DNA of 51,393 nucleotides, counting the filler, from Streblomastix strix (Eukaryota): NCBI GenBank assembly GCA_008636045.1. It is 3 parts of 3 records of this genome, joined end to end, with 100 filler letters (N's around TTAATTAATTAA, not from the genome) between each part and the next. Parts side by side here need not be neighbours in the genome. Positions count along the whole stretch, not along the records: positions 1 to 17,070 come from SNRW01000730.1; positions 17,171 to 34,239 come from SNRW01000731.1; 1 more part is not named here. One strand, 5' to 3'. The notes under the pieces are model-generated. The model searched no databases. It was not told where the DNA came from and saw only the letters and a list, made by a program, of their open reading frames with translations. The position numbers were made by a program, and so were the translations under genes. This document shows, in pieces, positions 11,871 through 24,615 of the stretch. The first letter of the stretch is position 1. Each line of letters opens with the position of its first letter.

Positions 11871-13083
11871 ATGTCTAACTAGAGCGAAAGAATTATTAAA
11901 TCTTTAGAACTTCATCATACAACTCAAAATATTTACGAACAAACGAGAATAAAAAGTAAAATTGAATAATGTGGACAAAGAAATTATTTGAGAAAAATCT
12001 ATTGTTTAATGGAATGAAATTTACATATAAAAAGCTTGACAATATAATATTCTAAGACGGAGGGAAAGTTGTTGTTCTAAATTGATAAAATTAAAAGATG
12101 AATAATAAAATGAAACAGAAAATGAGACAGTTAATATTGTTAAATTCCCTTGGAAAACTAAAGTGAAAGCTAATGTAAAATTCAATAATGTAGAACCATA
12201 GGAAATATAATAAAGATTCTAAATTAATTAAATAAAACTATTGAATCAATTTTATAGACGATATTTTAATAATTAGATCGGTTCTTGGGAAAGTAATATC
12301 GTGTATGAACTAAATTACAAAAATTGAGAAATAAATTATTTATTTGCAATTAATATTACTACAAAAAATTTAATTGTTACTTCAATTATTAATAAAAATA
12401 AGCATCATAAATTATAAATGCACTGAAAAATCTTATAAATTAATAATATGTAATTAATATAAGAGGAAATGGAAAGCGCTCATTCAAAGGTAAAGGAGTA
12501 TAATAGTTCTTAAAAGAATAAGAAATTAAATGTTTTTTTCACAGGTTCACTGTTCACGTAACACAATAGAATAGTTGATTATATTGTTAGGACAATTCGT
12601 AATGGATTTGGTACAAGTAGTGATGATTTTGTAGATCTTGAAAAATGATAATAATTAATCTATATTTATTACAAAACACCGAACTTAGCATATTGTAATA
12701 AAATTTCACCTAAAGAAGTATAGCATAATTCTGATATTGATGGAGCATTCAATTGAATGAAAAAATAATAGTTAAATGATATAAAAAAAAAATAAAATGC
12801 AGAAGGATTATTTAAATTTAAACAAGGTAATATATTGATGATTCATCTTGATTTATCAAAGACTGCTTTCTCATATATGAAACGAAGAAGATAGTTCAAT
12901 GGGTTAGCAACATTCGTAGAATATAAGAATGAAAATGTAATATGTAAACTATTGCGATAATTCATATCATTATATTAGAAATTATCTATTGTTGATGTGT
13001 CAAAATATTATTGTAAGAAAATTAGTGAAAATATAGAATTGTTACCATAAGTTTATTTATAAGAATTTGATATAAAACTTTGA
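11871..13083 (+). pseudogene. Retroviral-type (rve/DDE) integrase of a Polinton/Maverick-like element
   Basis: IGSWESNIV...YLFAINITTK...NIRGNGKRSF...DYIVRTIRNGFG...IYYKTPNLAY...SPKEVQ matches the Maverick integrase layout, with expected catalytic Asp residues reading as Asn. Contains frameshifts and TGAs. Confidence 0.7.
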
Positions 13084-13097
13084 AAAATAATAAATGA

Positions 13098-16000
13098 TCA
13101 AACGTAATGATAGTTTGAAGCATCAACTCCAAAAAATTTGAAGTGCACATGAATATGATTATCTTTTGGAAATATCGCTATCAATTACTACCATTTTATC
13201 AACGATTTCAGTTATTACCGACTTACTTATTTTTGTTATTGACTTTACTCCATTTTTCAATTAAATTTATGTAACTGGAATTGACACATTTGAATTATTT
13301 TTAATACAATTAATATAATCGTCTTTTGTCAAACTACTATTCTTTTCATTCACACCTTTCATTCTTATGACATCTTCAACTTCTACATTTATTGCTAAGT
13401 AACATTTTTGAACAAGACGAATGATATATTCTCTCTATGATTCGATAGCACAACCAAATAGCTTCATTTCTTCAGCAATTGTACAACCATCCCATGGAAG
13501 CCAATCTTTGTAATAATTATCTCAAAATTTTTAATCTTTAATTATATATTTGAATTATTGTTTATATCCTTCAATCTATGATCCACTAATAGTTAGATAC
13601 ATACTGTCAGTTTTCATACAGTTTAAATGAACTCCATACATATCAATACACTTGGTAAGGAAGAAGTAAATGAAGCATAAATTCAAGAATTTTGAATTGT
13701 ATTAAGTGAATATACTTTCTAATAATCAATTATGAGCAAAGAATGAATCAGGATTAATTGATTCTAAATAGCTATCATCACAAATTATTCGTGAGTTGGT
13801 GATATTTTATTCAATTATTTTAGAAAAGTTTATTATTTGTTCATTGGACCAATCTTATCTAATTTCTCATTATTTCAATCATCAGCTCTATATGAACTAT
13901 TCACTATATTTTTGTAATAAAGCTATTTAGCTTAATTATCCGCTCTCATTGCTTATTAACGCTTCTCAGCCATTATTTCTACAAATGATTTGAATTCAGT
14001 ATATTTGCTGAATAATACCATCTTTTCAACATCATCGATAATGAAATGACAATTGTTCATTAATAACCAAAGATACAAACTTGAGAACAACATAAACTCA
14101 TCATGAGTATATAGCAATGAGGTTAATTTTGTCAATTATTTATTAGCAGTTATTCCTTAGTCTTTCATCTTTTCAAAAATAAATTTACCAATTGATTTTT
14201 TGTCAGTTTTATATGCAATTTTTCTTCAGATTGGTCGTAAGTTAATGTGTTCATTGACGTGATTCTTATCGATATGGCCTTTCATTGATGCTATGAATAT
14301 CTATCCTTTTACTTCAGAGAATCTATCTTCTGAGTTAATTATTTTCATCATCTCATTTCGTTTGGAGTCTCAAAAATTCTAGTCGTTAACATTACATATT
14401 TTAATGTGTTTAGTTATTCTACCAGCAATATACATCATATCTCCGGTGAAATGATTATTTTAATTATAATTCCACAGAAAATATTTAGATATAAAGAATT
14501 AAAATCAAGGTCTGGAATGATGATATAGACTTATTCATAACCGGTAACATTAATTTTATTAGAATCATGCCTTAATTTATTTATGTAAGTTAATCCTTTG
14601 ATATTGTATTGATGAAACACTTAGCTCAGTCCGCCATGGATAGATTTGCGTTAAAACCAATAAACTTCTTCATCATCAATGGACATGGGCAGATTTTTAA
14701 TAATTGCATACTTGTACATATATCTCATTAATTTCGCAACATCAGTATCTTTGTTTGATCATGTATAGTTACATATTTAGCAAGAATGTTTACAGCTATG
14801 CTTGGTATGAGATATATTATTATCAATTCGTTCAAGAGTCGGCATATTTACACTAATGAACTTAACTAGACAATAGCAGCATTTATTTGGAATCAATTCA
14901 TAAACCCAGTCAAGGTCGTCAGCGGTTACATTATTATTTGTATCTCTTTCTGCTTTAATATCCTGTTGCAAATAGGACTCAACTTTCTTGTTCCATTTTT
15001 TTTGAATAGAATTTTTATTCTTTGTTTCCCGTTTCAGTATTATAATCTTCATTAATGTCGAAGTCTTGCCAAGTATAGCTATACTTTATTGAATTAGCAA
15101 CTTAAAACAGTGAGATCTAAAAAAGTACATCAATACCTTATTACTAACATAAGTCTATTAAATTATTGAATGGAGCAAACGTACATTCTACATCACGAAT
15201 ATTTTAGTACTTCAGATATGACCTTCTATCATTAAATTTTCTGTTACTATTTTCATCTATACTATTGATGTCTTCAACGTATTCTTAATACTCTTTATCA
15301 TTAATATTTTTTCGATTAATTTAATAATAAAATCTTTATGTTCAAATTATTCTGATAATGATAAAAACTGATTGTAATTACTAGTGTTGAAGGCTCCATG
15401 AGGAAACTTACCTCTGGTTAACTTAGTTCCATTACCGTATTTATGAATGAAATTGTCAAGAGTTGTTATTGGTATGAATGTAAGAACATCTTTGAAAATA
15501 AGCTCGAACTGATAATCTACATGTCTGATTGTTACTTATTTTTATTGTGTAGTTGTTCCGAGATATGGGTTATTTTTAAATATAATTTTAAGATAATACA
15601 CCAAATATGGAATTATAATGCTAAAATTAAACTTTTTTAAAGAAGAATCTAAAGATAGCTACTTAGTGTATTTTTTAGTAGTATTTTTTTTTATTGATAT
15701 TCATTGTCGATTTCGACTATTGGTTCACATGCCAAATTTGCTTCATTAAACCCATTCGCTAACTCCCACATTTGCTCTATGAATTTGTTCATGAAATCTT
15801 AAGTTCGAATATCGATGTATTTTGATTATATTTTATTGTTGATTTATGTATCAATAAATACAGATAGTGGTTGTAATTATGCGTAAATTTATCCATCATC
15901 TTAATTTTAGGCTTCGCGCTAATGCTCTTCGACTGTTTCTGCATCAATACACATGTAATTTCTTGTGGGTTGCAGCCTATCGTTTACTCCTTACACACCA

Positions 16001-17070
16001 TCCTTTGGGAATAGCTTTGTTTTACCAGTTATGAATAGCATTTGAATTGAGTAATTTTATTTAATTTACAGCATAAATGGTTATGTTAATTTATCAAATT
16101 TTGAATGTCTGATTTGATCAAGACCTTTCCAAGATTCTAGATGAGTCCTATAATCTCTTCCAAAGTGAGAAATAGAATGATAGAATATTTTTTAGTTACA
16201 TTTCTTGCATAAGTATCCACCTACTACTCGATCAATATCTTTCATAAACATAGCATGAACTTGTGGTTCATCATCACCTTGAATCGTTAATGGGGCTAGA
16301 AAAATATGAGTAGTTTGTAAATCTTAGTTAACAATATATTCGTTAAATTTATTGAATTATTTTTCAGAATTATTATATTCATAAGTCATTACATTTAGCT
16401 TGAAGCATTATTGTAATTTCTCTAAATCCGTATTTTAATAGTATCCATCGTACTCATTCAACAATTAGTTTTGTTATTTACTTAATCTTCCTCCTTCCTT
16501 ATGAATTAGATCGTGAAACTGTAGGAATAGTTCAATAGCATTAGCGATACGTGTTTTTGTTTAATTTATCTAAGGATATAATTGAAATGAAGCAGCTATG
16601 AACCAGCAGATATTATAATCACAGTCAATAGATCTAGTGTAGTCGTGTTAGTTAAACCATTTTACATTAGGTTTTAATTTTATATAAAGAGGTAATTCAT
16701 AAGCAATACTAACAAATGAATAAAGTGTTGCTTTTCTGGTATTAGATTCTTAGTGGTGCGGAGATTAATCTTCGTAAATCATATCGTGAACTCTATCTTT
16801 GAATAGTTTAAGTGATGAGATATCTCATATAATTATTGGATAATTTTTATGAGAATTTTCTAGTGATGGTTTATAATAATGGTAACTAAAGTCATTGTTG
16901 ATTCCTTTCTTAGTGTGAGTTAATTCATTAATTTACCAGATACATCTAAAATCTTTAGCTATCTTATAAATTTTACTTTTATGTAATTCATATATTTATG
17001 ATAATTTTTTATCAAGTTATTGAAGATTAGTAAATTTTTTAAATTAATATTGATGATAAGGTTTTTTATT
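13098..17070 (-). pseudogene. Protein-primed family B DNA polymerase (pPolB) #1, 5' end lost in gap
   Basis: ExoI YMCIDAETVE, SIHGGLSQVFH, motif A LDFNSLY, motif B KNIVNSSYRAD and motif C MKTDSMYL. Several TGAs and frameshifts. Converges on the integrase. Confidence 0.88.
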
Positions 17071-17170
17071 NNNNNNNNNNNNNNNNNNNNNNNNNNNNNN
17101 NNNNNNNNNNNNNNTTAATTAATTAANNNNNNNNNNNNNNNNNNNNNNNNNNNNNNNNNNNNNNNNNNNN
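17071..17170. other. Artificial contig linker N44-TTAATTAATTAA-N44
   Basis: Standard-code six-frame-stop 12-mer embedded in Ns. The same linker occurs at 34240-34339. Confidence 0.97.
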
Positions 17171-18502
17171 AATAATATTGATTTAACAGATTAATTTGAG
17201 TTAGCAGATATATAAACTAAGATTAGTAAAGGAGAATATGAGTGTGTTGAGGATATTATATCTGATATGACTAAGATAATGAGATATATACATTCTGATA
17301 CTGTAACATTCTTATTCAAATAATACGATAATCTGGAAAAGAAATATATTTTCGTTTGGAAAAGCAAATCATGTACATAAGATATATTAAACATGATTTC
17401 AGCTCATTTCAATAGAAAGAAGTCTAAAACACTGTGGCAATTAGCTATAGCATGTAGTTAGATATTCTTAATTAAGAAAATTGAATTTAAAAGTGATGAT
17501 CAAGATGTGTTTTCTATGGTTTAAGGCTGGAAATATCATGAATTAGAGGAAATTGACATGAATTTAAAATAACCATATCTAGATCATATAAAATATGTAT
17601 TATCTTCCAATGATACAACTGTTTATGAAAATATTTTGAAGTGGTTTGCTTTAATAATATAACATCCAGAATAATAAACACGTGTATCAATGATCTTAAG
17701 AGGTGGATAAGGCTGTGGTAAAAATACTTTTACTGATGTACTGTCTGAATTAGTATCTGGATATTCATTAAAAAATATTACTTCATTAACATCGTTGACT
17801 AGCTAATTCAATTCAATCTTGAGTAATAGAGTATTTATAGTGCTAAATGAGCTTACAACATTCAGTTCTTCAATTGGACATGAGATTGATAAGCTAAAAT
17901 CATTGATAACAGATCCTACATTAGAAATTCGTACGAAATTCTCTAGTTCACGCGTTGAGAAGAACTTATTAAATTTCATCTCAGTATCCAATCATTTAGA
18001 TCCTGTTCACTTAGATCAAGATGATAGAAGATACTTAGTATGTTAATGTGATTCTAAATATACAAAGAATACTTAATACTTCAATAATCTATTTCAACAC
18101 ATAAATCAAGAAGGTTTCTATGAAAATCTCATAAGTTACTTTCATAAATTAGATATTTCATAGTTTGACGCTAGAATCATACCAATGACTGAGGCTAAGA
18201 AAGAAATTATCGAAGTATTATTAATGGACATTGATAGATTCTGTATTTAATATTTCAAATAGTTAAAAGTTGGTTGGTTATGCGATGAAGCACAACGATA
18301 TTGTCCAGATTCTATTAAGCCAGGTAATTTCAGATTATAGATTCATAAGAACTGTGAAACAATACGACAACATACGATGAAGAAAAATATTAGATTATAT
18401 AATATTAACGAAGATAAACTAGCTGAGCTACAATAGTATGTTGAAGATGAAATTAACGAAGAGATTATTAATTAGATTAATTAAGATCAGCATAATACAT
18501 GA
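17171..18502 (+). CDS. D5/SF3 helicase (C-terminal part of a primase-helicase), 5'-truncated by gap
   Basis: Open for 444 codons when TAR=Gln: ILKWFALIIQHP, ILRGGQGCGKNTFT (intact Walker A), FIVLNEL, KLKSLITD, SVSNH, DDRRYLV, IIPMTEAKKEII. Ends in TGA. Confidence 0.9.
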
Positions 18503-19009
18503 TGATATTGAATTCCATAGTAAATTCATTAAAAATTATTATTTTTATACAGAAGGGAATTATGACGAAGTTCTAATGCAAATTAGCATAGGGATACATA
18601 TAATGAAATACACAAAAATTCATAAAAAAAAATATTTTTGCACCATGTTTTCAACTTACAAACTCTTATTCTATAGTCAAATCTCTTACTTATCCTATTC
18701 CTAACAGTCATTTCTCTTATCAAGACCACTTTCATTGAATACATATCATCATACGTATTATCCCATGTCAATCCATTTTAACTCAAAATTTTATAAACTC
18801 ATTTGACCTCGAGCACCGAGCACCACGACACCATTACTTTTTCCAATAATTTATCACAAATCACTTATCACTAAATTTTCTTATTTATTTTCTTATTTTC
18901 ATTATTAATAATTATTTTCATTAAATTCAATCCTATTCCATTTTCATCAACTTTACCGATAATTCACGCATTATTTCAATTTTCATTACTTTTCCCATTA
19001 TTTATCATA

Positions 19010-20500
19010 AATCATCGCAAAATTAACACTTGCCATGAACTTCGTTATAATTCCCTTCTTACAGCCGCAGGGAAGCCCAAACTTTTACCATCAGCAGATA
19101 ATATATAATCAGAAATACGATCTACCTCTTATGTCCTCCCATTCAAACCTTTTGATTCGAAATATAGATTGAATACGCATACTCTGCAAGTGCCATCATC
19201 AACGATATAGAACGTATTATATGCTGATGTGGGGAAAAAATCATTTATCATAAACTGATTGAATATATTTGTTATCGTATATTGTGGTTGTGGCGATGAA
19301 TCTAATTATTTTTCATGTTTTATTATTACATCGTCGATGTGAGATTCTACATCTTCAGGTGCTGATTAATTGGTATTTGTGCTTTTCGCTTAGTTATCAA
19401 GGATAAATGTTCCTTGAAATTCACAATCAAACAAATTTAATTATCCACTAACGGCAACCTATACCGCAGATGATTTATCATAAATATCTTTGAACAGACA
19501 CATAGCAGAAAATTCCTGTTGTTCGACATTAATAGGCATATATTTCGTATTTGGTGGAAGTAATTTTTTACTGATTGTCGAGAATAATTTATTTACAGTT
19601 TATTATGCTTCATAATTTGCGCCTAACTTTGCCAATTTTGCTCCAAAGCTATATGTAATAAATGGCCCGTTTTTAATAAAATATGCTGCCCTATCTGCTT
19701 TATATATAGCCAATTCATCCATTAATTTTATTTCACTGTTCAAATAATTAGTTCGAATTAGCCCTTAAACTCCCGCCTCGATTAAATCTGTTTATTTTTA
19801 ACTATTTCATAGACATACGATTACGCTTCAAATTAACCTTTTCCATTAGCGTTCCATGTATCCAAAATGTCAATTTTTCTGTCACTATTGTCGTCATAAT
19901 TTTTTTTCTTTGATGATTCATAATTTTATAGTATGTAATATTAAGCACTAAAGCAGTATTTGATGGAATCTGCCTATTATATACAATATATGGCATGTTT
20001 TAATCGATATAAAATAATATATTATACGTATTAGAGGCATCTGTTCCAACTAATGCAATCACTTAATCACCTGCTTTTGGTCTTGCTTCTTGGGGATAAC
20101 TTTTGAATAAATATCCACTAAACTAACCTCCCAACTAACCACGACTTGGAAATAGACCTGTTGTTGCATATGATGCGGTTAGTGTGATTCTATCACCATA
20201 AACGATTAATTATGGGTCTGAACCACTAGAAGCTAAAAAACTTTATCGCTCTAATTATGAACTCAAATCCAATTTTGTTATAACATTCAGCACTGGTGGC
20301 TCGAATACTTCATTTGATGCGTAGATAATATCATCGTTATTTTTCTCCTGTTATTGCAGAGTTTGGTCCCCAATTGGAACATGTTGCAGTAGCTCACCAA
20401 TAGGTTTAAGATAACGTTCTTTGATATATGCGTATAATTCTGGGAAGTCAGATAAACCAGCAGCGTTTAATAATCTTTCATCGATATAAACGTTCGACAT
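19010..20500 (-). pseudogene. Hypothetical viral structural/receptor-binding-like protein
   Basis: ATG at 20500 (MSNVYIDERLLNAAGLSDFPELYAYIKERYLKP...). Beta-rich, aromatic-rich frame with at least one frameshift near 19900. Lies directly downstream of the fibre-like gene. Confidence 0.45.
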
Positions 20501-21479
20501 TTATATTCAATAAAAATAAATAATTAATCCACACAATTTTAAGCAATTAAATATTTTTGTGTTAGTGCTTAAGAATTATTATTTTATAATTATCATCAAT
20601 TTGCAGCAGGATATGTAGCATTAATATATGCTGAAGCGGCACCAGCCAAACCAGCTGTTCCAGTTAGTGCTTTAATAGTTATCGTAACCTTTCCATCAGT
20701 TCCAAATCCGAAATTTGCAACATGAGGTGCAGAGCTAGCAAAAACTATATCATCGGCATAAAATAAATACTTTGGAAATCCAGCATTTTCAAGTGTGCAA
20801 ACAACAACTGATGCATCAGATGCTCCTGCTCCATTACCCATATATATAACCGTAAAAGTTGATTAGTGGTCCATATCTATAACATTTTAATGACATTATT
20901 GATGTTGGACTAACCACATCACTCGTATAAGAAATTTTTACTAATTCTAATCCTCCTAATGATGATAATAATGTATCACCTCCACCAGCCAATAAAACCG
21001 TTGTATCATCCTTGCCTGTTTTAGCAAATCCAGCAGCACTAACATTTGAATTGAATGTTTTTGTGTCACATATCGTTTAATTATCATAACGACTAACAAA
21101 AGCATTATAAATTTCTGCTATTGTTAAATAATCTTCATCATACTCCGACATTGATAACTCATCATCATCTCTTCGTAAGACTCCATGAATTATTTAAAGT
21201 TCTTATCCCATTTTTTTCACATAATTAGAATCATCAACGCTTCCACTTGTGAATTCAGATAATGGTTTTGTTCCACCAGCTCCAAGTAATACGACGCTAT
21301 CATCAGCTCCAGATTTAACAAGTTATAAGCTTATAATTGTTGCCATTACATCTATTGAACTTACGAATCTATAAGCATTATTGAATGTTTTGTTTGCTGT
21401 TATTGTCAATGAAGTGCACAAGATCATATAACCACTAAAATCAACATCACCAACTGCAATTTATGATATTATTTAATCA

Positions 21480-22200
21480 GTTTCTATTTTGATATAAGTT
21501 GTTGATTGATTTGCCTTCAACAGCAGCAGAGCATCATCTTCTTATTTGGAGTATGAAACTCTTGAATCGGCATTATTATTTAAAAGATTATTTGTTTCTA
21601 TTTTTGTATATGCATCGATTAGTTATGTCTTATCAGCCTTCAACAACAGCAGAGCATCATCTTCTCCTTTTATATATGAAACACCTGAATTAGCTTTATT
21701 ACTGAGCAGATTATTGGCTTCTCCTTTTGTGTCTGCATGGATTAATTATGTTTTATCAGCCTTCAACAGCAGCAACGCATCATCTTCCAATTTGGAGTAT
21801 GAATTAATCAATTATGTTTTATCAGCTTTCAACAACAGAGCATTATCTTCTCATTAGTGTATGAAACTCCTGAATCGGCTTTATCATTTAAAGATTATTT
21901 GTTTCTATTTTTGTATATGCATCGATTAGTTATGTTTTATCAGCCTTCAATAATAGCAACGCATCATCTTATGTCTTAGTGTAAGCATCGATTTAATCGC
22001 TTACGTTTAATTTGTCGTCGAGTAGAGCATCGACTTCTGGTTTATTGAAAGAATCGATTAACTCCGTTTTGTCAGCCTTCAACAACAGCAACGCATCATC
22101 TTATGTCTAAGTGTAAGCATCAATTTAATCGGAAATGTTCAATTTTTGATTTAATTTTTAATCTGTTTCAGTTTATGAATATGCTTATGATTTGTTATAA
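21480..22200 (-). repeat. Coding tandem repeat block (~60 bp, ~20 aa unit)
   Basis: Recurrent ttatcagccttcaacaacagcarmgcatcatct units, encoding DDALLLLKADK. Confidence 0.85.
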
Positions 22201-22839
22201 TAATTTGAAAAATCAACGCTTGCATTTATGTTCTATATTGACTTAACACCACCACCTGTACAAAGAACTGAATTGTTTTCATAATTCTATGTAGATATTC
22301 CGACTGAGTGAATAGTTTTGTTAAACGGTTTTTAACCTGTAATAGTTTCATCATAGTTAGTCGTAATAAATGAACTATTTTTCGCGGATATTAATATATT
22401 TCCATCAAATAATAAATATATTATTGCATTGCCTCCTCCTGTAGCCGCTCCAAGAATGGTCATGACGTTGCTCATATCTGGCAGTTCTGTTTCTAATCCT
22501 CGAAGACTAGAGCCATCCCACCAATAATCCATGACTTATTTATCAACTATATATAAATTATCACCAATTACTAATTTTGCAACGGTTTCCTAATCTTCTA
22601 TCCAAGTATTCATCTCATTGGTTGTCGCAAAGGCGTATCATTTTGATTTGCCTGAAGCAATATCTCGCACTTCTTATAGTTATGGCTATGATACTAATGA
22701 ACTTACTAACATATTGCCACCACCAGCAAGAAGAATTGAAGCGTCATTTTTATTCTATTTAGATACGCTTGAAACAGTTATTATTCTGAATTATTTTTGA
22801 CCTGTAATCGTTTGATTGGAAGCTAAATCAACATAATCC

Positions 22840-23280
22840 GCTAATTCAGTTTTATCAGCCTTCAACAACAGCAACGCATCATCTCTTTATTTATTATATG
22901 AATCAATTTAATCAGATATATTTAATTTTTCTTCGAGAAGGGCATCGGCTTCAGTCTTCGAATATGCACCAATGAGCTCAGATTTATCAGCCTTCAATAA
23001 TAGCAAAGCATCATTCTCTTATTTAGTGTAAGCATCAATTTAGTCAGTAATATTTAATTTATCGTCGAGTAAGGCATCGGCTTCAGTTTTCGAATAAGCA
23101 TCAATTTAATCGGAAATATTTAATTTTAATGCTAGCAATTCATCATCTTCAGTTTTTGAATACGTATCAATGAGCGCAGATTTATCAGCCTTCAATAATA
23201 GCCGAGCATCATCTTCCTATTTGGTATATGCATCAATTTAGTCAGTATTATTTAATTTTTATCTAACATTTCATCAATTT
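22840..23280 (-). repeat. Second coding tandem repeat block of the same family
   Basis: Alternating ...LLLKADKSELI.AYSKTEADALLDDKLNITDQIDAYTK... units. Confidence 0.85.
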
Positions 23281-23471
23281 CTTTACGATTATAAGGTTCT
23301 GGTGCTTCAATACATATATTTATTAAATTTTCAATATTTTTTACTTTGCTAATTAAGCCAATAGTTTTATACTTACTTGAACCATAAAGCACTTAATCAT
23401 GATTTAACATAACATCAAGCATATGCAAATCTCCGTCAATTTTATAAAAATTAAAATAATTTATTATAGCA

Positions 23472-24017
23472 TCATATTTTATTTAACACAGTCGCTAATC
23501 TTTTTGATACAGCACTAATAATTTTGCTTGTTATTTCTCCTAAATCTAAAATACTTGTTATTTTTCTTATTTTTTATAAACAAATTTTATAGCTATCCCT
23601 TAATAAATTTACTTTTTCGACGTCGAGTTTCAGAATATTTACGTTTCCAATTAATATATCATTTAATGTTTTAGTCGAATCATAGCAAAACCTACCACAA
23701 CATCCTTCATCCTCTATACTCAATTATATTTAACTTTCTGGGACGTCAAAAGTGTAGGCAACAACACGAATCAATTAATTTTCAGATAAAACGAAATGCT
23801 CTGAATCTTTAATCATATGCTCATCTTCACTAATGATATCCAACAGACAACGACACATTGAAGGGTCTGGAGTTAAACTTTCTTCAAATATTGAACTTGT
23901 TCGCCTTTCTGACAGAGTTGGCGTTTCACATCTGATAACCTGTTGCTGGAATTGGTCAATTTCCTTTTCAAATTAAGGTTTTACTTCTGGAATAGTTGGA
24001 CTCTTCATTTTAATCAT
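23472..24017 (-). pseudogene. Hypothetical Polinton-like protein upstream of fibre gene
   Basis: MIKMKSPTIPEVKP...MCRCLLDIISEDEHMIKDSEHFVLSENQLIRVVAYTF..., with one frameshift. Its stop overlaps the next ATG. Confidence 0.5.
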
Positions 24018-24375
24018 GTTAAAAATAAATAACTATTCACGTTAAATAAAATCGAAAATTGAGCCTAATCAATAGACTCAGATTGAGCTATAAAGGTCAT
24101 ATTCGGAATCAGCGCATATAAATTGTGTATATAATTGATTATCAAATGATTTTAAAATTTCATGAAAATAAAGTTATTTTTTTATTTTTATTTTTTTAAT
24201 TTCTATATATAATGACCGTAAAAATTTAAGCCAAAAAATCAGCAAAAAAATTAATGTTTCCATATTGCCTTGAGAAAGATGTGTATATACAATGTTGCTA
24301 CGTAGAATTCAAAAATGATGTTTAAATCGAAATCTTGAACGGTTGATGAATCCGAATTTTGTAATATAAAAGTGT

Positions 24376-24503
24376 ATGATTTTGGCACGGGAAAATGGAA
24401 TAGGTTATGAATGACTTTTGACTGGACCGACTGGATTGGGTGGATTGAGTCAAAAACTTTTATAAAAAGCTGTGACCAACTGGACAACTGGCCAATTTAT
24501 TAA
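24376..24503. repeat. ~125-bp GC-richer repeat, inverted relative to copies at ~26998-27120 and ~27221-27348
   Basis: Its reverse complement attaataaattggccagttgtccagttgg...gactcaatccacccaatcca.tcggtccagtcaaaagtcattcataacctattccat matches both right-hand copies. Confidence 0.9.
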
Positions 24504-24615
24504 TAAAAAATAAAATTATGCAAAAAAATTAAAAATTGAAAAAATAAAAAAATAAATTTATTTTAAAAATAAACGAGTTTGTTTTATACAAATTCAACTT
24601 TTTAACAATATATAA

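Larger units (their letters stand above)
20596..23472 (-). pseudogene. Phage tail-fibre-like repeat protein
   Basis: Tandem Y(T/S)KxExDALLLLKADK repeats, QTITGQKQF and KTFNSNVSAAGFAKTGKDDTTVLLAGGG shaft motifs, DYWWDG segment, and a beta-rich C-terminal head ending YINATYPAAN-TGA. Frameshifted. Confidence 0.7.

Noticed and set aside
17040..17200. Apparent linkage of pPolB #1 to the helicase across the gap, and TTAATTAATTAA as a biological motif
   Set aside because: Artificial linker between probably unrelated contigs.
21480..23280. Repeat-spacer-like pattern suggesting a CRISPR array
   Set aside because: The repeats are degenerate, codon-phased and protein-coding. No cas genes, and the context is eukaryotic.
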